DNA of 64,000 nucleotides from Bacteroidales bacterium (lineage in GTDB: Bacteria > Bacteroidota > Bacteroidia > Bacteroidales > UBA12077), in contig DMBU01000054.1 of NCBI GenBank assembly GCA_003446015.1, positions 1,121-65,120 of the forward strand, given 5' to 3'. A model generated the notes under the pieces. That model was not told where the DNA came from, ran no database searches, and saw only the letters and a list, made by a program, of their open reading frames with translations. The position numbers were made by a program, and so were the translations under genes. Shown here one piece after another: positions 22,501 through 30,162 of the stretch (its first letter is position 1; each line of letters opens with the position of its first letter).

Positions 22501-24397
22501 TCAAAACTTGCGTTATTACTTTAAAGATACTAAAGAATTGGTTCCTTCTGTTGAAAAGTGGTTGGACAATCGATTAGAAAAGTACAGTTTTGTTAACCCC
22601 GAAGTGGCATTTGTATGTCTGTTTATTCAGACTGAAAAAGCAAAAGATATTCTTCTTAAAGATTTGCCAAAGACAAATTTTTCTCACTGGAATGTAATGG
22701 CTCTATTGGAAGGTTGGTCTGATGATATGGACATTAAAGAAAAACTCAAAGAGTATTTCAGAACGATTGAAAAATCAAAAACATCTGCAGCCGCACATTT
22801 TATATCAAAAGTTTTTGATAGTAGCGAAAAAGAGGAGGCTATAAAAATTTTAGAAGAAATCCTTTTTGATAAGAAAATAACCTTTAGAGAAAGGGCTATT
22901 TCTGCACTCATTGAAATAGATAAAGATTATTTTGAGAACAATATTTTAAAAACACTTATTAATGAACTTGAATCCTTCCCTAAAGACATTTTTGGTCAAT
23001 ATTATTCTGCACTTGACATAATTGTAAAGAGTTTTCGTTCAAACACAATTGTGCAATCTTATGTATTAGCACGGATAGAAAGTGATAATAATTTATACAG
23101 CTTAGCTGTTCAGTATTTTCCTGAGTTAATAAAGGAGGAGGAAAAGCTACTTAGAAAATCAACTCCATTATCAAAAGATTTAAGGACATTAATTATTGAG
23201 TCTTTTACGAATTTATCAGTTCTGCCAAGTGGCATTGAATATGTTTTAAGCGATTTCGAAAAGGAAACAGTAGAAGAAATAATGGGTGATATGGCGGCAT
23301 GTTTATTCAACCATATCAAAGAAACTAAAGTAGATAAAATTACAGAAATTAGTAAGCCAATGGTTTTTGCAATGGGCTTTGACTATGAGGTAAAAAGAAG
23401 TATTGCGTTTACAGGTTATTTAATTTCTAAAAAATTAGACGAATATTTTTCTGTAGAAAATGCTGAAAACCCCAAAGATAGTTCTACACGTCTGGATATT
23501 TTTAACGAATACGGTTATAGGAAATCTACGAGCGGATTAATGATAAAGTCTATAGTAGATAATTTTGACTCTCTTATCTCTTTTGCGGGCAGAGATTTTA
23601 ATAAAATTGTTGGGCATCTAAAGCATAGCAAAGATATTGAGGATATTTGGGGATTCTTTGCAAGACATTCTGTGAAATCATCTCCCACATATAGCCATAT
23701 AATTGAATTTATATCGAACAATTCCACCACAATTAAAAATAGTTATTTAATTAGTTTTCTTAACAGAACAGCACCTAGAAGTCCTATTTTAAAGGATATT
23801 TTATTACGACATATTAAAAATAATGATAGTAATAGAAGTGGTAATATGATTCTTGCAGGTAGACTATTAGGTACTAATTTTAAAAATGACACCCAAGTTC
23901 ATAAAGAAGTTTGTATGGTTCAGGATGTTTATGATGTTGGAAGAATTATGGCGTTATGCAATGGATGGCAGGAAGAACCAATTCTAAAAAAAATATTTGA
24001 TGACATAGTTAAATATCAAATTCCAGTAGATAACTATGTAGGCTTCAGTCTTAAGTTTTTATTTCGAGACGTAAGTAATTTGATCGAATTCATTAAAGAT
24101 ATATCTAAAAATATTGGTGAATTTAAACGATACCACAAGTTTTTCTTCATCCCAATGATTGAACGCTTGAGGAGAGATAAAGATTTTAGCTTAGCTATTA
24201 AGGAGCTTTTATTATCTAGCAAATCATTAAGCGAAAAAATTTCTTATTACAACTTACTAGCAGAAGTTAATATGGTGGACGAAGATGTCACTTTATGGAA
24301 AAATAAAATAGCTGATTTCAAAAATGACTTTGGTTATGACATTGTTTCAAACAAAACAGTTAGATTAAAGGACATTTTATACGATTATTATTACTAA
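19514..24397 (+). CDS. STAND/NACHT-type NTPase with an N-terminal Mrr-like PD-(D/E)xK nuclease domain and a ~1100-aa C-terminal helical-repeat region (Avs/bNACHT-like)
   Basis: 1627-aa ORF. The N-terminus FEKLCLAAV...QEGIDIFAR...YQCKRY matches the Mrr_cat pattern (D...Q-x-K). Walker A is IIIGDPGAGKSSLLRYI (20441-20464) and Walker B is LFLVIDGIDEW. The C-terminal region is long and helix-rich. Confidence 0.7.
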   Translation: MNLNYLYTPIQTSVDPPIDTKEQVLPLEKLSWEDFEKLCLAAVQVDFSINECEIYGIKGQAQEGIDIFARQSNGKYSSYQCKRYQEFELNDINNAVKYFKSKEFFDKSDKLFLCTSCEWNKTQVQDRFEELKTELQKDNVTLVKWDKIQLSRLLKNKPQIVFDFFGLEWVKKFNGEPALQQISKSKKYDAKKIIEFRSELYEFYSTIFNIQDPGIPIKELKSPYTLQDRFIIPDILSNLKDEGFENNNETSSSIIYQDQYYNDDNSYGFVENGLRKRNFKNQNDVEESNIDIRINADDALISNDKNIIIGDPGAGKSSLLRYITLDILSPKPQLENISQKHGKTLPVWLPFAFITKHLSNNDSLSISEILNLWFNGFGKGYLFEIAKEALNDERLFLVIDGIDEWSSLSSAQQAIARIETIRKLYDCKVLYSSRPYGFRILKDFFTNLNVLNLAGFSKAQQRNFVKKWYDKWASLQGDSQDEDFSKTQTKNFIKELEQSGDLKKLAEIPLLLSILIIQKMQDSVLPKNKLEALKEITQYLIKKHPVKRITDAGIVQEKINEVDFKDIFCELAIYIQKESNDGVIFKSDAHKIIKQYLVSYAGYDEARAKVRSQEIIELGANNYGIIIEKSNDEISFGHKQFQEFLAAQYLYESDDDTISQFVNQYGANPTFHQVIMSLFGLMQLKQVKKYKKHFKALKEAVCEKFQEDYLNLISYEISINLDNAPTDVMNEAFDSIIHEFEYETDPSYKEALLKLIISALQTGRLKEKVECFLVQFFPYEYKYRDYRVNALGYSNQLNAIQVEFLKKALINGTINTRYDASYAFKKHIKNKEVFSFIKDIIYNCSNPDILAFAINSISTNDIAEQERDDLIKSVVVNVPIVQLYLFKYKVFTKKHTQDDLELILPIVNQLPYQLKQESIELLISGFNQNSNLKEILVKSIDRKGYYNEKETTVDGEIAWKVLFHSFNKDKDVINLIKLQFENEEFPFISVDKHEIFQNLRYYFKDTKELVPSVEKWLDNRLEKYSFVNPEVAFVCLFIQTEKAKDILLKDLPKTNFSHWNVMALLEGWSDDMDIKEKLKEYFRTIEKSKTSAAAHFISKVFDSSEKEEAIKILEEILFDKKITFRERAISALIEIDKDYFENNILKTLINELESFPKDIFGQYYSALDIIVKSFRSNTIVQSYVLARIESDNNLYSLAVQYFPELIKEEEKLLRKSTPLSKDLRTLIIESFTNLSVLPSGIEYVLSDFEKETVEEIMGDMAACLFNHIKETKVDKITEISKPMVFAMGFDYEVKRSIAFTGYLISKKLDEYFSVENAENPKDSSTRLDIFNEYGYRKSTSGLMIKSIVDNFDSLISFAGRDFNKIVGHLKHSKDIEDIWGFFARHSVKSSPTYSHIIEFISNNSTTIKNSYLISFLNRTAPRSPILKDILLRHIKNNDSNRSGNMILAGRLLGTNFKNDTQVHKEVCMVQDVYDVGRIMALCNGWQEEPILKKIFDDIVKYQIPVDNYVGFSLKFLFRDVSNLIEFIKDISKNIGEFKRYHKFFFIPMIERLRRDKDFSLAIKELLLSSKSLSEKISYYNLLAEVNMVDEDVTLWKNKIADFKNDFGYDIVSNKTVRLKDILYDYYY

Positions 24398-24643
24398 ATG
24401 CTTTAAAGAATCTTATTTTAGTTTAGCATTATATAAAACAACTGATTAAATTTGTATAGTTTATAAGATTGTTAGCAGATTTGTGCAAAAAATATTTAGC
24501 GTTAACAGAACGTCTCAACATAGAAAACTGGTAATTTTCAAAACGTTATTTTCATTATCTTCTTTACATTGCAAAATTAAGTAAAATGCAATAATTAATA
24601 ATCAAGGTATTCCATTTTCAATCCGTTAAGCCACTTTTTTTGT

Positions 24644-24726
24644 CAGATTCAAGGTTCAGTCAAGACTGTTCCGTGTTGCGCCTGCGGCAGAACACTTGCC
24701 TTGGTCTTGACGGGTTCTTGAATCTG
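24644..24726 (+). repeat. nested-stem structured element, family B copy 1
   Basis: CAGATTCAAG (24644-53) pairs with CTTGAATCTG (24717-26). GTCAAGAC (24659-66) pairs with GTCTTGAC (24704-11). An inner GC-rich hairpin GTGTTGC..GCAGAACAC sits between them. The architecture is shared with 42063-42144. Confidence 0.5.
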
Positions 24727-24740
24727 GCGTACCTTTGCTT

Positions 24741-24883
24741 TAAGGATTGAAATAGGTGGATAGTGATGGGATAAGGTCTTTCATTTTTACTTGGAATTAG
24801 GAGAGACTCGGCATAAAAATGAAAGTCCTTACGGATAAAAAAAGACTCTTCCCAATAATTCAATGCAAAGCCGGATTATAGGG
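24741..24883 (+). repeat. hairpin repeat element, family A copy 1
   Basis: A TAAGGATTGAAA lead-in, then a 17-bp stem: AAGGTCTTTCATTTTTA (24773-89) with TAAAAATGAAAGTCCTT (24814-30). The loop contains AGGAGAG. A second hairpin is CCCAATAAT/ATTATAGGG (24851-83). Confidence 0.6.
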
Positions 24884-24971
24884 ATGTGGCTTTAGTGGGG
24901 TGGGTATTATCATTGCTTAAAAAAGTCCTAAAAAGGGGAAGCTTATAATAGATTATAGAATAAATCAGTAG

Positions 24972-25325
24972 TCAGATTAAAGGTTTGATGAAATAAGATT
25001 TGAGTTTAGTAATTCTTGTATCAATATCTCCTGTAATATCTCCGCCACAAACATTCTCTACTCCATAGTAATGAATTAATGTAAGAGTTGTTTTTGTTTC
25101 TATTCTCAATGCTTCATACCTACTTGTGGTAGCAAGTTGAATTTTTCGAATTTCAATAATTGGAAGATTTTCATTTACAAATTTCACTGAAGTTCCACTT
25201 CTATGCTTACGAAATCTTTTTTCCGGACTATTTGTTATTCCTACATAAAATTTGTCATTCTGAAGCACAAGAACATATAAGTAAATTCCACGCGCTACAT
25301 CATTTATTTTTAAATCTATATTCAT
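24972..25325 (-). CDS. GIY-YIG nuclease-domain protein
   Basis: GIYLYVLVLQNDKFYVGIT...RFRKHRSG matches the GIY...YVG...R...H pattern. The ATG at 25325 (MNIDLK) is preferred; the track start is 25349. Confidence 0.6.
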   Translation of the reverse strand: MNIDLKINDVARGIYLYVLVLQNDKFYVGITNSPEKRFRKHRSGTSVKFVNENLPIIEIRKIQLATTSRYEALRIETKTTLTLIHYYGVENVCGGDITGDIDTRITKLKSYFIKPLI

Positions 25326-25512
25326 AGCATTAGCTCCGACTTTATTCACCTGGCTCCGGTGTTTTAATTAATAATTCGGAACCACCAAAGAGAAAAATTT
25401 TGAATTCGAGCAATATAAATTCGTATAAATAGCAAAGCGGCTTTATGCCGAATTTATTTGTAGCCTGTGAAGTTGGCTTGTGCGCTCATTTCAAAAGGCT
25501 TTCTCTAACTTT

Positions 25513-25650
25513 GTAAGGAATTATTCGGTAAAAACGAGCCAAAAAAGAAAGGTCTTTTGTTTTTAATTGGCAAGAGGAGAGCATGTATGTAAAAATGAAA
25601 GTTCTTTGAACGCAGATAAAAGGCTTTTTTCAAAATATATTTTGGAATGT
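25513..25650 (+). repeat. hairpin repeat element, family A copy 2
   Basis: Stem AAGGTCTTTTGTTTTTA (25549-65) with TAAAAATGAAAGTTCTT (25590-606). The loop contains AGGAGAG. An AT palindrome lies downstream at 25631-44, and the element ends in GTGCCGG as copy 3 does. Confidence 0.6.
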
Positions 25651-25711
25651 GCCGGAACAGCTCGATATCCGTTCTTTTTAAAATTGGAATATAATTTCTT
25701 ATAGAGATCCA

Positions 25712-25888
25712 ATGTCAGGTATTGAGATAATTATTAAAATGCATGCAAATTTATATGTGTATGGACCAGTGTTTAATAATGGATTTAAACATTATGCAAT
25801 AAATATTATTGATATTTATTCATTAATATGTAAAATTCTTGAAATTACTCCTGAAGAAGTCGATGAAAAGATTGAGAACACTACTTAA
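25712..25888 (+). CDS. possible small ORF (58 aa), unknown function
   Basis: ATG...TAA open frame (MSGIEIIIKMHANLYVYGPVFNNGFKHYAINIID...) below the track cutoff. No other support. Confidence 0.2.
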   Translation: MSGIEIIIKMHANLYVYGPVFNNGFKHYAINIIDIYSLICKILEITPEEVDEKIENTT

Positions 25889-26389
25889 ATGTCAAAGAAT
25901 CAAAACGAAAATTGATTACAGTTTATAATACTGTATTTTGCAAAGACAAGAAAAACAGACACTTAACACCACAATTAAGCTTGTTAATATCTGGGTTAAT
26001 ATATTCTTACCTCTTTGTATATCTATTGTAATTTAACGGCCTTAGTGTTATTAACATTCCATGTGAAAATATAAAATCATTAAAATTTTTATATCTGAAA
26101 TTTTTTATCTATGGCGCTAAAGTCCTTTAATAGCTATTTTTACAGAGACTTAGTGTGCTTCGTTAATAACTATCACAAGATGTTGAAAAATACGATTAAA
26201 GACTCCTTGCACGAACTTGTTAGTATGTTTATCTTAGCACTTATTGGTTATTAAATGAAAAAGAGCCAATTAGATCCGGTCTAATTAACTCAATTTCATA
26301 ATTTCTGTTTTTGTTAGAAGCAAATCAAAAATAGGAATTCTTATCCAAAATACAAAAATAATTAGCCGGAATATTAAGGAGACTTGCCA

Positions 26390-26521
26390 ATGAAAGGCAG
26401 CACAAAGGAAGTGAGCCCGAAAGAGTATTTGGGTAAATTAAGAAAATTTGTGAAGGACTACGAAAGAGAAATCGTTATTTTATTAGCGATCTTGTCGATT
26501 GTATTTGGGTTTTTAGGTTGA
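26390..26521 (+). CDS. possible small tail-anchored membrane peptide (43 aa)
   Basis: MKGSTKEVSPKEYLGKLRKFVKDYEREIVILLAILSIVFGFLG. Preceded by TAAGGAGA and followed about 30 nt later by a strong terminator. Confidence 0.25.
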   Translation: MKGSTKEVSPKEYLGKLRKFVKDYEREIVILLAILSIVFGFLG

Positions 26522-26550
26522 TCCTAGTTTATCCAATTCTTACTAAAGAG

Positions 26551-26582
26551 AAAGAGCCTATTTAATTTGTAGGCTCTTTTTA
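26551..26582 (+). terminator. rho-independent terminator
   Basis: AAAGAGCCTA / TAGGCTCTTT hairpin followed by T residues. Confidence 0.7.
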
Positions 26583-26583
26583 A

Positions 26584-26616
26584 TTCTTTGTCCTGAATGC
26601 TCTGAAAATTCATTTT
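26584..26616. repeat. left arm of a ~33-bp imperfect inverted repeat (partner at 41966-41998)
   Basis: The TTCTTTGTCCTGAATGCTC core (19 nt, exact) is the reverse complement of 41980-41998. Similarity continues about 14 nt further inward, with 2-3 mismatches and one indel. Confidence 0.7.
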
Positions 26617-26727
26617 TTTTAGCAAATATAGCTCAATTTTAATAATATTTATCTCAAAATAAACAACATAAGAGATCTTACCAAGCATAGTAAGATTTCT
26701 TAGATTTTGTCATATTGCTAATTATTA

Positions 26728-26735
26728 TATATTTG
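26728..26735 (+). promoter_or_regulatory. candidate -7 promoter element (TAtaTTTG)
   Basis: TAnnTTTG match 21 nt upstream of the ATG at 26756. Confidence 0.3.
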
Positions 26736-26755
26736 TAACTCTCAAATGGTTACAA

Positions 26756-27172
26756 ATGGAAAATTTTCACTACACATTAATCGGTTATTTAAATTCAGCA
26801 AGGTTTCTTGCTTATGAATTAGAACAACCTACAATGGCTAAAGATTTGTTAAAATACGAAGTTATAGAACCTGAATTTTGCACCCTTAAAAAATTAAAAT
26901 TTATTGCAAAAAATGAAGGAATTGAACTAGAAAAAGTTTGGAGAGAAAATTATACAATCAGGAATAAAAGAATTAAGATTATTTATAATTATAATATTTC
27001 TGAACGCTTAAAAAATATTTTAAATCATCAAAAAATTGTCAGCATTGATGAGTTGTCAAACTACACACAGAAACAAGCATTAAATTTTAGAAATGCAGGA
27101 AAGAAATCAATCGAAGAGCTGGAGCAATTAATGTTTAAACATGGAGTTCAATTTAAAAACACAGATCAATAA
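26756..27172 (+). CDS. stand-alone protein with an RNA polymerase alpha C-terminal-domain-like (HhH) module
   Basis: The C-terminal ISERLKNILNHQKIVSIDELSNYTQKQALNFRNAGKKSIEELEQLMFKHGVQF follows the alpha-CTD pattern L-x-x-R-x-x-N-x-L...I-x-E-L...N-x-G-x-K-S-x-x-E-I...G. Confidence 0.55.
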   Translation: MENFHYTLIGYLNSARFLAYELEQPTMAKDLLKYEVIEPEFCTLKKLKFIAKNEGIELEKVWRENYTIRNKRIKIIYNYNISERLKNILNHQKIVSIDELSNYTQKQALNFRNAGKKSIEELEQLMFKHGVQFKNTDQ

Positions 27173-28044
27173 TTACTTTATCTATAGAATTTATGTTTAC
27201 CATGATTAAATTTGCAGCAACCTATTTGATTGAAATAAATTTGGTAGAAAAGCCAATTAATGAGCAAGTAATAAAATGGATGGATTAAAAAACCTAAAAC
27301 TCTTTTATAAAAAACTTAAAGCTTCAACATTAGTTGGGACTATTGTTGCTTTATAATAGTAACAGTAGCATCTTCTCTCCCTTTAATATTCAATATTAGT
27401 TCTGTTAGGTATTTGTGATATTAAAATTATATAGTAATTTTTAAATTCTAAATCTTTTAAGAAATATTTAGAAAATATCTTTGCTACAGCAAAGTTTCAG
27501 CCAAAAAGAAAAATAGATAACCAAGTAACTTGGCTTCCAAAACATCAAGATGTTTTTATTCGTTATCTGGATAGGGTTACAATTTGCCCTAGATATTTTA
27601 GGAGTTTAAGTAGAATTTGTTTTCTTAAATGAAAAGAAAATAAAAAGAGGAATATCAAAAAATATTTGAAGCTAAAGAAGTTCACTTTTGAGGGATAGAT
27701 AATGGCGTTTAGGAGAAGATATGATTTTTTTTTTGCTTTTTAAATTTTAAATAAGAAAAAAAGCGCAAATAATCCATAAATCAAAGGTATTAATTCTGTA
27801 AAAGACCAAAAAACAGAAATATATTCCAAATAAGAAGATGATTGTCGATTTTTAAAGAATTTTACTAGAAAGTATAAAAAATGATATAATTTTAATATTG
27901 AGAAATTATAAAAACTTGTTATTGACTATTTTCCTTTGAAGTACACTTCATTTCATTTAATCATGTATGTTTAAACTAAAAACATATATGAAAGATTCTT
28001 TTGTCAAAAACGAGTTAAACAAAAAATATTTTAATAATTATAAT

Positions 28045-30138
28045 ATGTACAGAATAAAAAATAATAATTTTAAAATCATTATTCTATGGTTAGTAATTGT
28101 GCTTAGCATTAATGCACAGGGCCAAATACCAGCCAATTACTATGATGGTACGGAAGGGTTAGAAGAAGAAGCTCTTAAAGCTGTACTTAATGATATAATC
28201 AAAGGACATACAGTATATACTTATACAAGTACACTTACTGATACATGGGATATTTTAAAAGAATCGGATGCAGACCCTACTAATTCATCAAATGTAATAT
28301 TAGTTTATTCAGGTAGGTCTGTAAATGGACCACAAGAGTATAATGATGGTGCGGGGTGGACAAGAGAACATGTGTGGCCAAATTCAAGGGGTGATTTTGG
28401 AACTGTTCAAGGACCAGGCACGGACTTACATAATTTAAAACCTTGTGATGTTTCAGTTAACTCAGCAAGAAGTAATAGGTGGTTTGATTATGCGGATGTA
28501 TATTATTATGATGATGGAGTAAATACAGGAAGTAAAACAAGTTATACAGATTTTGTTTGGGAACCAAGAGATGAAGTTAAGGGTGATGTGGCCCGAATAA
28601 TATTTTATATGGCAACAAGATATGAGGGAGAGGATGGAGAGATAGATTTAGAGGTTGTAGATTACTTTCCTGCAGATGATTCTTATGAACCATTAATGGC
28701 AATATTGAAGACTTTAAAGGAATGGAATGAGATGGACCCTGTGGATGATTTTGAACGTAATAGGAATAATGTAATTTATAGTTATCAAAATAATAGAAAT
28801 CCATTCATTGATCATCCTGAATTTGTGGAAAAAATTTGGGGACCAGTAATCAGCGAAAGTCAAGGTCTTTTTATTTCGGAGTATATTGAGGGGGATGGTT
28901 ATGATAAAGCCATTGAAATTTATAATAATTCGGAAAGCACAATAGACCTGTCCAATGTTAAATTACAGAAAGATAATGGAGGAGACCAATCATTTTCTTA
29001 TTCCTTGAGTTTGTCAGGAACAATTAATCCTCACGATGTATTTGTTATATCACATAATAGTGCAAGTGCAGAAATTAGAGCAAAAGCAAATTTAACAACT
29101 ACATCCTTGGTAATGACTTTTAACGGGGACGATCAATTGAGAATACTTTATAGTGGAATTGAAACTGATCATATCGGTGATGTTGGAAACTTTGGTGAAA
29201 ATAGAACATTTGTGAAAGCAGGACATGTTTTAAAAGGAGATACATCATTAGTAAACCCACAATTAAGCCTAAATTGGATTGAATTAGATAATGGAAATCA
29301 CAGTTGTTTGGGATATCATTATACTAACCAAACCTTAACAACTCCACAATTATTTATTTCAGAATATATTGAGGGGAGCTCATATAATAAAGGAATAGAA
29401 ATCTTTAATGCTTCAAGTGAAGTTATTGATTTAAGTAATGTAGCACTCCTAAAACAAACAAATGGTTTGGAGGGCTTCTCTGGTTTTTCATTATCAGGGG
29501 AGTTGAATCCTTACAGTGTATATTGTATTGTGCATCCTAGTGCAACAGCAGCATTATTGGAGAAGGCAGATTTACAAACTGTTGGAGGTGTTATGGATTT
29601 TAACGGAAATGACCCTGTCATGTTGGTTTATAAGGGGGTTGCGATTGATAAAATTGGTAACTCTGGTGGTGCAAATTTTGCTATTGACAAGGGATTGTTT
29701 CGAAATAGTAGTCAGGCTCTTCCTTCAAAAGAATGGAATGTTGCCGAATGGACTAATATTGCAATGGATAATTTTTCGTTCTTTGGTGATCACCAATATG
29801 ATTATCAACCTGCTCCTGACACTTTATATGCTATAGCTTCAGGCGATTGGACAGATCCTTCCATTTGGGCTTTAACTGAGAATGGTGTTAGAGCGAATAT
29901 TGTTCCAGCAGGAAATACAAATGTAGTAATTACTGGATATCAAATAATATTAAGCAGTGACAAAGAATGTGCTAGTGTTACGCTAAGTTCCAAAGCAGAT
30001 ATTATAACTAGTCTACTTGTAGATGGAGGGAACTTAAGTGTTTATGGAAAGGTAATTCTGGAAAAAACTAACTCAGTTGGCAAGGTAGAATTAGAGGTTA
30101 TAGGAAATGGAAGTTTGAGTTGTACCGAAATAGAATAA
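28045..30138 (+). CDS. secreted endonuclease I-family nuclease fused to two lamin-tail-domain (LTD) repeats
   Basis: Signal peptide from M27 (MYRIKNNNFKIIILWLVIVLSINAQG). REHVWPNSRG...DLHNLKP...N..RSN is endonuclease I-like. There are two LFISEYIEG..Y.K.IEI.N LTD-like repeats. Confidence 0.65.
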   Translation: MYRIKNNNFKIIILWLVIVLSINAQGQIPANYYDGTEGLEEEALKAVLNDIIKGHTVYTYTSTLTDTWDILKESDADPTNSSNVILVYSGRSVNGPQEYNDGAGWTREHVWPNSRGDFGTVQGPGTDLHNLKPCDVSVNSARSNRWFDYADVYYYDDGVNTGSKTSYTDFVWEPRDEVKGDVARIIFYMATRYEGEDGEIDLEVVDYFPADDSYEPLMAILKTLKEWNEMDPVDDFERNRNNVIYSYQNNRNPFIDHPEFVEKIWGPVISESQGLFISEYIEGDGYDKAIEIYNNSESTIDLSNVKLQKDNGGDQSFSYSLSLSGTINPHDVFVISHNSASAEIRAKANLTTTSLVMTFNGDDQLRILYSGIETDHIGDVGNFGENRTFVKAGHVLKGDTSLVNPQLSLNWIELDNGNHSCLGYHYTNQTLTTPQLFISEYIEGSSYNKGIEIFNASSEVIDLSNVALLKQTNGLEGFSGFSLSGELNPYSVYCIVHPSATAALLEKADLQTVGGVMDFNGNDPVMLVYKGVAIDKIGNSGGANFAIDKGLFRNSSQALPSKEWNVAEWTNIAMDNFSFFGDHQYDYQPAPDTLYAIASGDWTDPSIWALTENGVRANIVPAGNTNVVITGYQIILSSDKECASVTLSSKADIITSLLVDGGNLSVYGKVILEKTNSVGKVELEVIGNGSLSCTEIE

Positions 30139-30162
30139 AACATAAAACTTAAATTATTATAA

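Noticed and set aside
24814-24830. GAAAGTCC-containing string resembling the RNase P RNA CR-I/P4 motif
   Set aside because: It occurs three times within one island as the 3' arm of a simple hairpin, and none of the other universally conserved RNase P elements is nearby.
24660-24863. 67-aa reverse-strand ORF (MNYWEESFFIRKDFHFY...)
   Set aside because: It lies inside the family A/B structured repeats. The equivalent frames in the other two copies lack start codons. The spacing to the conserved GTGCC motif differs by non-multiples of 3 between copies (56, 54 and 51 nt). Its C-terminal half translates a GC-rich stem-loop. I kept this as an open alternative under the family A finding.
24400-26755. 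Retron, DGR or group II intron explanation for the structured repeats
   Set aside because: No reverse-transcriptase ORF, intact or obviously decayed, is visible on either strand in or near this region or anywhere in the window.
29516-29836. Alternate-frame ORFs inside the toxin-locus genes (28577-28804, 29516-29836, 32813-32995, 34912-35115, 35262-35558, 35470-35655)
   Set aside because: They overlap the nuclease, the 1230-aa protein and the RHS reading frames, which have clear domain signatures. Their products are Leu/Ile/Gln-rich nonsense.
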